DNA of 64,000 nt from Tubiluchus corallicola (taxonomy: Eukaryota; Animalia; Priapulida): the NCBI GenBank assembly GCA_030141605.1, contig JAQGDQ010000081.1, forward strand, positions 496,001 to 560,000, in the 5' to 3' direction. Within the stretch, counting starts at the first letter, position 1. Each line of letters begins with the position of its first letter. Below are positions 1-12,503 of the stretch, in pieces. A program made the position numbers and the translations under genes. The notes under the pieces were generated by a model. That model had not been told where the DNA came from, did no database searches, and saw nothing but the letters and a program-made list of their open reading frames with translations.

Positions 1-186
1 GTCGAGCTTCCGGATCTGCGAAGTGTATCGTTAAGTGATGATTACATCACTATAACCACAAAACAAACTATTATAAGGTTAACCCAGTCAAAAAGGTATT
101 ATTTTATGAAAGTACGATTTACATAACTGGCGTGGCGCACTTGTCTAGTTAACAGCGTTCTCTGCTTATGTGAAACGTCCTTGTAG

Positions 187-300
187 ACTATGATAAATTC
201 TGACCTCCACACGAGTGATAATCGATCACTCTTTACTCAAGAAACTATGATAAATTCTGACCTCCACACGAGTGATAATCGATCACTCTTTACTCAAGAA
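187..300. repeat. Perfect 57-bp tandem duplication (2 copies)
   Basis: actatgataaattctgacctccacacgagtgataatcgatcactctttactcaagaa occurs at 187-243 and 244-300. Confidence 0.95.
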
Positions 301-637
301 AAAGTGTCTCACATTGAGCCAAACCTACATTGTACGATAACCCTTTTTAAAGAGATAGCATACCTAGCGAAATCCTCGTTAAAATCTGTAGTGCTAACTT
401 ACTAAACGAAATGGTGATTTAGACTTCATCAAGCATCGATTTAATGCATTATACACTGCCTTCCCCGGGAACTTACTAAATCCTCCTCGACGAAAATAAC
501 GTGCGTTTATTTCATCACAAATAAATGTTGAAACTAAATAATGTATTTTTTGTGTTTTTGTGAATGAAACGTAGTGACATCACAATTTCCAATTTAACAG
601 CCCAATCAGAGATCACTTTGATTTGGTTGAAATTGAT

Positions 638-1000
638 TGGGCCCGATTATGACCTTTTGGGGCCCCCAGACTAATGAAATCATGGGGCACCCTCTAATTT
701 GCTCGAAATCGTCTCGAATATTTTTTACTTGTAATATATTTCCGCAATATTTGTATAGTTGTGAGCTCCATATTTCAAATAAAAGGCTTCAAATAAAGGG
801 CCTCAAACAAGGGCCCATTGTCTCAAATAAAGGCCTTAAACAAGGCATCCTTTCTCTCAAATGAGGAGCCACTTTAAAATTGGTTTTTCAGACTTGCTGG
901 CTTCCTTTTTCAAAGTTAAAATTTTGAATTAATCAGGAATCCCAAACTTGAGGGACCCTAGACTGTAGCCTATGCTAGCCTATAGGGTAATCCAGTCCTG
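638..1000. mobile_element. Degenerate non-autonomous DNA transposon (hAT-like termini)
   Basis: Starts gggcccgatt...ggggccccc and ends ...tagcctatagggtaatccagtcctg, resembling CAGGGCCGGATT/AATCCGGCCCTG MITE ends. A similar terminus (cagggctcggattt) lies at 28023. Confidence 0.4.
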
Positions 1001-1627
1001 GTTACAAGAGTTTTATCTCTCTTGGCACGTATTTTCATCACTATTTAGCCACTTACCCTGAGCTAGGGCATCAGGGACCGATTCGATGCACGTTGGCCTC
1101 TGTGGATACATTTAAAAAATGACGAGGTCCCCAGTTTTAGGTCCCCAAACACACAATCGACTTTCATCGCCCAACTGAAGTTAAATCGACAGAAATGCAA
1201 GAGCAAGCCAAAACCACTTGTACGTAACAAAAGCTGAGCCAGCATACCGATTTTTTGGGCAGCGAGGAGCTATTATGTGAAAACATGACGAGTGGTGGAC
1301 ATTCCAATAATTAAAATTACAGCCGAAAAAAATTATATTACAATTCAGCGAGCAGCAACTTTTTAATTGTATTGGCATATGACGTGTCTGTAGTTCCCGG
1401 ATCTAGAAGCCTTTGAATGACGTTTAATTTAAAATGGAATTTAAAAATGAAGGTTCTTTGTTTGAGTGAACGCGACAAATGAAGCGACTTTGTGACAATC
1501 TAATTACAATCGCGTTTTAATTACAGTAATAATAAAAAGTTGCTGATTTGAAATTAACAAGCATGCGTGCAAAGCGACCTTGCAGAAACACGAAGAACAA
1601 ACTCAGTGCAGAATTCGTGCGAAATGG

Positions 1628-1628
1628 G

Positions 1629-1703
<75 letters not shown>

Positions 1704-1750
1704 CAGAGAGAGAGAGGAGAGAGGGAGTGAGGGGGAGGCAGAGAGAAAGT

Positions 1751-1849
<99 letters not shown>

Positions 1850-1850
1850 A
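1628..1850. repeat. (GA)n microsatellite
   Basis: Directly visible; explains the RE-repeat ORFs. Confidence 0.95.
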
Positions 1851-2149
1851 AGGGGAAAGAATTTATTATTTTTTATTATTTTAATACATGATTATGATAA
1901 TAAACATATACATATTTACAATTCCTTTCTATCTGCAAGGGGTGGTTTATATTATTCATAAGCAGTTAACAAATGAAAATTCACTTAATATACAAAATAC
2001 ATGTTTACACAAAGCCTAAAATAGTAAGCCATGATGTCAGTGCATTCGACTTTTAATACATTTGTTATACATTCGATAAATTTTAAATCTTTTACTAAAT
2101 TTACAAAAGTTTTCTGTAGTTCATCTACTTTCTGGATAGGTAAATATCA

Positions 2150-3150
2150 CGGTTTGGTCGACAGCTGACAAATTCTAACATTTTTTTATGTACAAGGGGG
2201 CAATAAAATATTAAATGTTCAACAGTTTGTCTATCAAGATTACAATCACCAACACTTTCATTTATATACCCAGGTCTGCATAGAAGTCGTTAAAATTTCC
2301 TTACAGTATACTAAAGGCTAATGCTTCAATCTTACGTTACCAGATAACAGATAATTTCAAAGGCATTAACTAAATTTGAGTGGATTTATAGAACTATCCT
2401 GGCATTTGAGTGTAACCTTTATAGCTTGAGCGACACCTGGCGGACCATAACCGTAAAATATAATCAATATTCGCTAACTTTCTATAATGCGTAATATTTA
2501 TAGGTGTACTACTTAAACTTTCTGTGCGAATATCAAAATTTTTACTAAGCCTAAGGAAATTTTGTAGCAGTTTAGTTTATGAAGTGCCTGTGGTTTCCTT
2601 GCTCATTTATTGCAATAATTTTACATTTCAAAAGATCGTCATCTGGTAGTGTTAGCGTTTTCAGTACCAGTTAAATGCACATTGCTTTAAACATGATGTC
2701 TAGAGAACGTAGGCCACAAATTAATTCCAGTTTTTCTCTGAAGGGTTTAAAATGGCAACCGGTCCCTGTCTTCATTACATCGTAAATCAAATCGTCAAAA
2801 AGACTATGCTTCCTGACCATCCAGGCTGTCGCTCCGTACATAATTATTGGTAAAACAATACATTTAAACAGTGAAATTAACAGAAGGTAAACTAAATCCT
2901 TTTACAGTCAGACATTTACGCTTAATTATTATACAGCGATACCAAGCTTTTTTCCTAACAGCTTTTTCAAACGATAAGCTATTTGTACTATTTTGCACAT
3001 AGTACTGATTTGAGGTTGATTTTCAAGTCCAAGAGATATCACCTCCGTTTTTCCAGTTGAACAGTTGATGACCTGCCTCTATTTGTAACACCATTTATGT
3101 TTCGCCATCAATTGAAACTGTCCCATCATCAGCAAATTTAAAACAGTTCA
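2150..3150 (-). mobile_element. Degenerate non-LTR retrotransposon (LINE) ORF2 fragment
   Basis: Broken minus-strand frames give CFKFADDG (RT YADD-like, ~3120-3145), LISLFKCIVLPIIMYGATAW (~2820-2880), LELICGLRSLDI (~2695-2730) and DCNLDRQTVEHLIFYCP (C-terminal zinc-knuckle-like, ~2200-2250), in the expected order, with stops and frameshifts between them. Confidence 0.75.
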
Positions 3151-3261
3151 CTTCAGCAATTGTTCTGAGTTTGTTAAAGATGGAACAATTAAAAAATTGC
3201 ACATAGAAAGGCACTTCACTTGTCCGTCTAACCTGCCAAAACGTCTAGGTTGATGAGTGAG

Positions 3262-3278
3262 AAGGAGAGAAGGAGGGA

Positions 3279-3324
<46 letters not shown>

Positions 3325-3420
3325 AAGAGAGAGAGAGAGAAAGAGAGAGAAAGAACGAAAGAGAGAGAGAGAGAGAAGGGCTGGGGGAGGGCGAGAAGAG
3401 AGGAAGAGAAAGAAAGGGAG
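3262..3420. repeat. (GA)n / purine-rich microsatellite
   Basis: Directly visible. Confidence 0.9.
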
Positions 3421-3463
3421 TAGAAATCTGTACAACTGAAGTAATTGTGATATTCGCACTTAC

Positions 3464-6361
3464 CACTCTGAGTATCCCCTCTTGCCTGTAGTGGTCAGCT
3501 AAGACAGGAGTATAGTGCTTGTGATATTGGAGTCTCTTTTCAATAGCGCGTTTGGTGTCATCCAACCTGTGCTGTTTCTCCCAACGATTCTTGAGTCGCC
3601 TGAGTAACACATCCTCGGCACATTGAATCAGTACAACCAAGTCCACTTTACCCAACTGAAATGCAAGTTATTGGGAACTGGGTTAAACCACAGCAACATA
3701 ATAATAGACCTAATTAATCAATATAAACGTGGTCATGGTATCATCACAGTACATAACACTTTTAGGAGCGCTGACAAAGCATTAATGGTGTCATCTCATC
3801 AACGTCATTATCTTAGCAATCAAACAGATCCGCCGCTTATATTTATTTTTGAGGAACGCTTTCTGTTTAGTAGTACTAGTAATTTATTGTCAAAAGAACA
3901 AATAAATTCAACTTTCACAAATGTAGACATTAAGACTATACACATGTCCCTGCCAATAGATGACTAAGTTTTAATGAATTACTACTATAAAACAAGAAAC
4001 TGTACAAGAATACAATATATATAAATAAATTCAATTTGACGTCTTTACTACAAGCAAAATGACTTATCGTCTTTAAGCGTATGTGTTTAAAACATCAAAA
4101 CAAACTTTACACAAGACTACAAGAATGAATTTCAGGCAATAATTCGAAAGATACAATTTATTATTGTAATCTTAATGTCAAAATTCTTATTAATGCTGGA
4201 ATAAACCCACAATTAGTTAAATTTTGAAACCAAGGTTGAAAACCAGGAAATGTGAAAAAGTAGGGATGCAATCTGGATTTGAACTAGGGAGCTTTTGCTT
4301 AGAAGGCAGACGTATTTTCTAGTGGTTAAGGCAATCCCTATAGTTGACTGGTGATACAGTGACCGAGTGACTAAGGCGTGTGTCCTGTAAGCAGAAGGTC
4401 CCTGGTTCAAATCCAGGTCGTATCCCACCTTTCACGTTTCCTGTTATTTTAGATTTGGCATCGTCATTTGGTTAATTGTGGGTTTATAACATCAGTTCGA
4501 AAAAGAGCTACTTATAGATGACAATGACAGAAGTACAAATGAAGAAAAGAAAAACAAAAAGTATTTTATTTTTGGTTTGTAGTTGCTTTTGCATATGTTT
4601 TTTGTGAACTAGTCTCAACATTTTTTCTGTTTAGACCACAAAAAGCAGTTAACCTCTAACAGAATGTCATTCTGTGAATAATACACGGAACCACTCATTC
4701 GTGCTTTCTCTGGCAGATCACATAGGTACTTGTTAAACAGACATTTGTTTGACCCTCCATCTGTTTGTCCTGTTATTTACCCATTGCATGTTTGCCTCGC
4801 TCAGCCTTTCTTTTTCTGATTTCATTTAATTTTTCCTGTCTATTTTTTCCTTTCGTTTTTTACTTATTCACTTTCTTTCTTTTTGCCGTTTGCCTTCTCT
4901 TTTTTAATTTCGTTTTTATTTTTTGTCTTTGTTTCTTCTTATACCATTTCTTTTCCTACATTCCTACCATTTCTTTTTTTCTTTTTTAACAACCTACATT
5001 ACTTAATTTCTCCATTTATTTCCGCAATTCTTCTCTTGTTTCTTTTTCTTTTGTTCTTTCGTTGCCTGTTTTCCTTCTTTCCTGAAAGTTCTGTTTTGTT
5101 TGTTTTACTCTTCCAATATTTATTTCCTTTTGCTTTTGTTTTTTCCTTTAAGCACACATTAAGCCAGAACACATTACGCTGGACCGTTTACAAATGTTGA
5201 ATTGCAGCAGCAGAACTGGAATCTAGTCATTTCCAAGGATGATCCTTCCGTCTTTTTTTCCTGCCTTTCTTTTTTCTTCTAAATTTCTTTTTCAGTTTTA
5301 CCTTTCTTTTTGTTTCTTATGTTTTTATTATTGCAGTTATTCGTTTGTTCGTTCGTTTGTCTGTGCATGTGTGCGTGCGTGCGTCCGTCTGTCAATCGCT
5401 CATTTATTCATTCATTCGCCTGCCTCTCTGAATTCCATTCTTTCTATTCATACCCTAAAAGGAATATTTTGACGTTCCACATTTTCACGTTTCTTCGTGC
5501 GCAATTTTCTAGCTTGTCTCCAAATTGCTTCGTTTACGACGCTCATAAAATACTATTTAAAGACGATGATATAGCGTATTCTCACTTAGTAATGTCATAA
5601 TTCTGTGCACACGTATCTGCATGTGAAACGAAGACAAATTACGCGGGTGCAGCTTTATAGCCTACATTTCCTATAATATACAACTCTGTACACCGCCTGG
5701 GATTATTAATAGCTATAGCAGAATGGCAACAACCACACTGGGTTATTGGAACCCATACAGGGTTTTGGAACAGGTGAATCATAGTATTGATATAAAGTCT
5801 TCATCTTGAAAGGTGTTTCAGAGAAGTTCGTTCTTGTTCGCAGTGTACGGAAAACACCGTAAGATGTGGAACAAATAACAATAGAAAAAGTACAAACGAA
5901 AAACTGAAAACAAATTAAGTTTAGTGTTCGGAATTTTAAAATCAAATGATTCAGTATCTATGCAAAGCTGTATATAGTGATGCTAGGAGCAATATCAGAT
6001 TTATTGTAAGACATTTGAGTGTTTTGTTCAATGTGAATACTTTAGATAATTTTAATTTTAAGAAACTGAGCTTACACGTTTTCATGGAGGGTCATATTGC
6101 TAATTTAACGCAAGAGAATATGGTCCATGCCAATATGATCAAGGAGTGTTTATATAGTATCTAAGGTATATATGACGTAAGCATAAATAGAGAACAAATA
6201 GTCACTATTTAGCATATGCATATAAATATTGTGTAAAAACATTGCACTAAAAGTCACTAGTTTGTATGTATGCGTTTGTGTATGTAAATAATGTTGTTGT
6301 TTTCTTCTGTTTAAGTTAACTCGCCAACTCAAAGTATACAAATTATTATACGAAAAAGGTA

Positions 6362-6396
<35 letters not shown>

Positions 6397-9300
6397 CATT
6401 AGCATGACGTTTGCAGGAGAAATTGTTGTGTGGGTGTGCAACGGCAAATTAGCCTATTTTTTTACAAAATAGAAAACTGACTGGCAGTTCTGTTACCTCT
6501 GATTCAAACTTAATGGCTTGGTCAATATTCCTCGGGAAGCCATCTATTACAAAACAGGCACAGTCAGGAAACTTCTGCATCTCCGTCCTCAGCAGCTGCA
6601 TAACAACATCCTGGAATTAGGATCCCGCAGTTAGAAAATTACTGTTTTACTAGGCGGGTAATGACGATACGACATGGTAATGACAATGCTTTTATGGTAA
6701 TAACGGTGAACTTTAATGACTGTCACACTGTGCCCGAGAAAACGTTGGACAGACTAAAGAACAGTGGTTAAGTGGGTCAATTTGTGCATAAGCAGATTAG
6801 CAGGAGAAAAGAAAAGTAGGTAGAGAATTTGAAAAGCAGAAGTGGAAATATGGATAAAGAAAAAGAATGAACGAAATAAGCGAAAAAAAATAAGAGAAAT
6901 AAAAAATAAAAAACAATGAAAGGAGGCAGGAACACAAAAGAGAGAAGAAAGAAAGAAAAAGAGACGAAAAGGCTAGAAACGAATAGAGAGAAAATGGGGA
7001 CTAGAGAAACGGCGAAGAAAAGATAAGTAAACCAAAGACAGCAGATAGATGAGCTGTCAGCAGATGAAAAAAGAAGAAAATGAAAACAAAGGAAAAAAAG
7101 AAAAAAATGAAAGCACGAAAGGGAAAAAGAAAGGAGCGAGAAAGAGAGAAAAAAAAGGCAAAACTTTTGTTGTCGTTAGTAGAGGTAATATACACGATAT
7201 AAAGAGATACCAGTGATCACCTGCTGCATGTTAGTTTTAAGTCACTATCAATATAAGATACTGATTACTGAGCATGTTAAGTCAAATAAGGCTTTAGAGG
7301 CTTTCTATGATACACACTCTGCGCCCTCTCATTTAATATAATTTAGCACTGCGATGCAGAAATACAAAAACGTTACAAGAGGTAGTACAACGTTTTGATA
7401 AATTCAATGAAAATCTTAAGCAGGCATCCTGATGTTTTGAAAGGCTCAAGCAGCGATGTTATTGAAAGAGTTTGATAACAAGAATGATTTTACGTAAATT
7501 AAATGAGAGAAACCGCAGGGGTGTTCTGGTTTCTAAATTACTTGGTTTCAGTCCATAGAGGGGAATATAAAATATTAAAACACGAGAACTGCAGTACAAA
7601 AACTGCCTACAGCAACAAATGGTATAAAAGCTGCCGTTTGTGATCATTACCTTTTTATGCCTTATGAGTATAACCTCTCTTTTTGCTAGTCTTGCTTTAC
7701 GATTTTGGTTAATAATGATTGTAGTACAGTAACATAAGGTAAACACGCCATTGTTTCTGACACCTTTACAATTTGAAAGCATTCCATCAAGCTGCCACTT
7801 CCAGGCGTGACTATATGAGGCGTGACTATGATCGTTCATTTGTTTCTCAACCAATTGATTTTCTAGATAAGGAATCGCCATTAAATTCATCTTTTAATTT
7901 TTTTGTTACTCATTCTCGATATGACAAGTAGAGTAAGTCAACATGCTGCTGAAGTGTCGACTGTCATCTTTTGGTGATGTTCAAACTTTTATATTAAAAA
8001 TCAGCAGCAAACGACAGCTTTCAACTGCTTTGTCTGTGTTTAACTGACTGCTAATGTTTTATGAAACAAATTTTTGCTGCCGTGACATATGAAGTAGTTA
8101 GTAAAATATGAACTGGTAGCATTACTAAGCGTTGTCACTGGATCAGTAACATTGATTTTTGTCATCAGAATAGGATACCTTCTATTAATATATAGTTTAA
8201 TTAACTATTCCATTGAACTCGCGAGTTAATTTAACCCTTTTTGCCTTTAACCTTTTTCTTTACGTTAGCGTAATAAAATCGTCAAGATACCTGAGGAACC
8301 ATTTCGCCATTTTGTATCATTTCTCTCACAATGAGCCACTTGTCCAGCGGACTGGTGGCAATTTGTCGGCGGAGCAAGTCTCCCATGGAAATATGAATGA
8401 AACCCTCGTATCGCTCACACATTAGACTGCACTGAGTGGCTCTTCCACTGCCTGGACCACCTGCAAGGTAATTACAAAGCATGAGGATGGGGTATCAATA
8501 ATGTGGAGGGCTGAGATACTCACTGCAGGACTGAATAGGCTGCTGCAGTGTGCGTTCCGCCAGGAAATAGCTCAATGCAAGGCTAGTATATGTAGCCTCA
8601 TTTTCTAGTAACATTGATTTTCTGTAACACATTTGACCAGTAATATGATGGTTACAGCATCTACTGAAGCCATTGAAAAGTTTTTACCCACATGTGCTAT
8701 CATAGCTGAGCTCACATGCTTAGATGCTCCCAAAGTTACCAGTTCAGTAGAAGAACTGTTTTGTTTTGGGTACCTTGACAACAATATGTACGTGGCATGC
8801 AAGCTCAGTGCTACCTGGTATAAGTTCGTTTTTCGAGAGGGGTAACCTACAATTGCAATTTAATAAGTTAGTAGCGTAGATCATTTCCATTCAGTTTGCT
8901 AATCACTGTCATTTATAAGGATATCTAGTAACTAGTTTAATCGACAGCCAAAGAGAGAGAATGAAATTGGGTCATATTAAAATAGCAATAATTGCTATAA
9001 TGATTCAGGTATCAGTGCATCGCTGCCTCCCACGAACGAAGGGCAGGAATACAAAAATCACTTAGCACCTACGTAATATTGCTCTTTCAGAATATTTACA
9101 TTGTCCAGTTCTTCGGCGTTAAACCGATTCCACTGAGTGTAACATTCCATGAGCGTTACGCTAATAATGGCTTTTATTTTTATCTTACTGAGCTACTCTC
9201 TCCCTGAGGAAATGTTACCGACAAGCCTAATGTGCTCTTAGGTGCAAGGAGCTTATTTTTTCAAAATATGAATCCACATCACTTGCCGCGATTTTGAAAG

Positions 9301-9661
9301 TTACCGAAGAACTTAAAAAGTTTTGAGAATTTCGAAAAACAAAAACCTGCAAGATTAATTGAAGATAAAGGGTGCCCACGTTGTTAATATTGATTATACA
9401 ACTTTTTTCTTAAAATTATTTGTAAAACATCGTTTTAAAATACGAAGCTAGAACCAGTCTATGAAAAGTGACAACCGAAACAAATGTACCTATCTCCTGC
9501 ATATTATCCTTTTACTACACGTTCATACCTATAAATATGATAATAGGACATCTTGGAATGCTAGCGTCTCCAGTGATCCCCTCTGTGCTAGTTAAGCCGC
9601 TGTCGCTATCCACAGACAAATTTCTGCTATGCATGTTGCTTCTTTTTTCGCTTTTCAACAT
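3464..9661 (-). CDS. Adenylate kinase / UMP-CMP kinase family protein (AK1/AK5-like), 3' exon not located
   Basis: Exons 9661-9529 (MLKSEKRS...RCPIIIFIG), 8460-8291 (GPGSGRATQC...HISMGDLLRR...GEMVPQ), 6610-6497 (DVVMQLL...VIDGFPRNIDQAIKFESE) and 3655-3464 (LGKVDLVVLIQC...RRLKNR...RLDD...KRL...GILRV). All boundaries are GT-AG and phases match (1,0,0). An acceptor at 9701 implies an upstream non-coding exon. Confidence 0.9.
4201..4487. mobile_element. Palindromic element of two head-to-head tRNA-derived (SINE-like) arms
   Basis: Right arm 4353-4427 is tRNA-like (A-box gtgaccgagtg, T-arm cctggttcaaatccagg, ends gtatccca). Left arm 4244-4312 is its diverged reverse complement. Outer inverted repeat is ataaacccacaatta / taattgtgggtttat. 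Confidence 0.7.
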
Positions 9662-11657
9662 GTTTGTGAAACATTAATGTCCAGTTACATTTCTGTCAAA
9701 CTGTAACAAAAAGGGAAACACAGTTTGTCATAGTAAGTAATCGTATTTCAACTAAGTTTATACAAAATTTTTATCAAAATTATGATTTCATAACGTGCTA
9801 TTTATATCTGTACTAAAATTATTTGGTTGTATGTGTAAGTTATATATGACGTTTGTCTACTATATCCATAATGTAATAGCTTTGTCTTGAAAATGTCCTG
9901 TAATAATGTCTGGTGTTGTTTTACTATTATTATATAACGTATGTCATTGTATATATGTGCCAACAAATAAACTGTAAATTTTATTTCCTCCGATTACTGC
10001 ACACCACATTTAGGTGTCTTGAATGTTTACAGCACCTACTTAGTGGTGTTACAAGTATTTAAAATATGTTTAAAACATCTGTTTGACATCTCAAGATTCC
10101 CATGGTGTAGCCTGCTGTGCAAACAATTAGCTAACTGACTGAATTCAGAAGTTAAGATGGTAATCTTGTAAATAATATGAGGTGATCTTACATTACAGGT
10201 GAGGAAAATGTAAGCTGGAATATATAAAAAAACATTACAGAATCTAGTACAGTATGTCTGTGTGCATAATTCAACGCTCGTTTTTAGATATTAAACCCAC
10301 TTTGGTGTTGGGTTGGTTAATGAATTATCGAATTTGTCCGGATTATTTTTTTAGCAATAAACGTTTTAAATTCTCTCTGTTTTGACAATTATTTTCCATT
10401 TGTTCAGAAAACGATTTTTGTTTGCCTATAATGATTCTAACGAGTTATGAGAGGCTAACCGAATGAATAAATTAATGATGGAAAGAATAGATTGATGAAC
10501 AAGCATGTATGCAAGGACAAGTGAATGAATAAGTGAGTGATTGAATGAATTGTGAATGAATGTATAGGTGACAGAATGAATAAGTAAATGAATGAATGCA
10601 TGAATGAATGAATAAATCTACGAATTAGCATATTAAATGCTCAAAGCACTAAGAAAGAATTAAGACTGTGCTACATTATTAATTTTGTGCACACTATTAA
10701 ATGAGTTCATTAGCGAAAAAATACAAGGAATGATTAGAAATCAAATCATACTTATAAACTAAGATTATACCATTGAATAATGAGCGCATGCGTGAATCTA
10801 GTACAAAAAGATTTCCGGTCACGTGTTTAGTGGTAATTTCCTGTCATTGTCCAAGTTTAATCAACAGGTTCCTTGTTGTTGGTTTGATGTTGATCTCGCT
10901 ATTAATCATAGTGACAATAGTATGAGTAATTGACAGGCTTTCTGCACTGGTTTAACCCTCACAAACCGGAAACGGAAATAATGTGTATAGAGTCGTATGG
11001 AATTTTGTGTTAGTTTTTTTTCGGCACCCAGGCACATTGCACTTTGGGTGATTTAAGTCTGAAAGATTAGAATGTATCGAATGGAATTATGAAAAATACA
11101 TCATAAAATTATTCGAATATTCTACAGTATTAAGAAAATTTCATTGTTTAAACAGAAGCGGTTAACAGTTCATCATTCCGAATAACCATAGATACAAATG
11201 ATTTTATTCATTCCGCTGCTCCATTCAATAATAAACATTTGCAGAAATTGTAAAGATTTACTATTAATACAAGTAACCATTGTGCAACAACACACCGAGT
11301 TACGTTAAGTTTTAAGTGTATTTTTTATTTTTTTGTGTGTGTAAATTTCTAGCTTTATTGCATTTGTGATCTAAATTCACTATATCACGGGTGTGCATTA
11401 TTCTCTGCATTAGAGTGTAATGAATAATTGAACAATCTGAATGTGAATCAACAAAATATTGAAAGGGAATAATTACTGAATGACTTACGTTAAGGAATTA
11501 TTACAGCAAAAGTCAAATTATTTTACTAGTTTTTAGTTGCTGCAACAACGAAAAACAAGTACCTACTTATCGAAAAATCATTACGCAAAATATGATTATT
11601 ATCAGACCGCAACCCAATTTATGGCGTCATGAAAGTCTAGTTAAGACACGTATTAGG

Positions 11658-12503
11658 TATTCCGGTCTGTTTGCCGAAAAAGGGGATAAACTGAATACAT
11701 CTACCAAATTTTCAGGAATGTTTCTTTAGGTCATTACCTGCAAACTAGCTATTGGGTAAAAAAGCTGCGCACCAACTTCTCATTTTTTATCATCATTTTG
11801 TGTATTTTATGATTATTAACGGTTATCCGGCCATTAATTTCGCAAGTAGAGCAGCCTTGATGTTTGGGGCAGGGTGTTGATGACGTCATAGTCTCGTATC
11901 GTCGTTCATGGGGCACACACAGACTGAATGTAACTTACTTAGTATAGGTAATTAACACACTGTGCATGAATATAGATGACATATATGACAAAAAATTAAG
12001 ATTATCTAAATTTGGAACATGGGACAGTGGAGCTGTTGACGTCATCGCTGCCCCTGGCTTACAACTTAGACCAAAATTCTTGTAGCAAATGGCAAATTTC
12101 CTATTGACCCATAATAGATTTCGTCACATTTTTGGCTTCGCTTGCAAGTTACGTACAAATATTTGATGTCGACGCAATTTGGCTACTTCGTTGTTTCTTT
12201 GGCTGTTTCTGGGCCACTAATCGTACCACCAAATGAAAGACCACATATAACGTCCTATACGTCCCTGCTAATAGTATCTATCTGTGAGCGTTTTGGAGTT
12301 ATAAGCCTCCAAAGTGCATACTCCTAAACACCATTTCGTTACCTTTTAGTGTCCCGGGACAGCTGGCTAAAGTGCAAAATTTTGTAAAGATGTCCAAAAC
12401 GCTGTTAGAATGACCTAAAGAATCATTCCTGAAAGTTTGGTAGCTATGTCGGGTAGCTTTTCCCCCCCATTTCATCAAAATTTGGCCTTAACAAAGCGGA
12501 CTA
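11658..12503. mobile_element. Non-autonomous TIR DNA transposon, family A copy 1
   Basis: Inverted termini (ctaccaaattttcaggaatgtttctttaggtcatt / aatgacctaaagaatcattcctgaaagtttggtag); extensive homology to 62207-63592. Confidence 0.8.

Noticed and set aside
1548-1961. Arg/Glu-repeat ORFs, and similar poly-Ile, CV and KERK ORFs elsewhere
   Set aside because: They are translations of (GA)n, (ATT)n, (CA)n and (TTTC)n microsatellites.
4353-4427. Functional tRNA gene (GTA in the apparent anticodon loop)
   Set aside because: Anticodon and acceptor stems pair poorly, and it sits in a palindromic repeat with diverged relatives, so it is treated as tRNA-derived.
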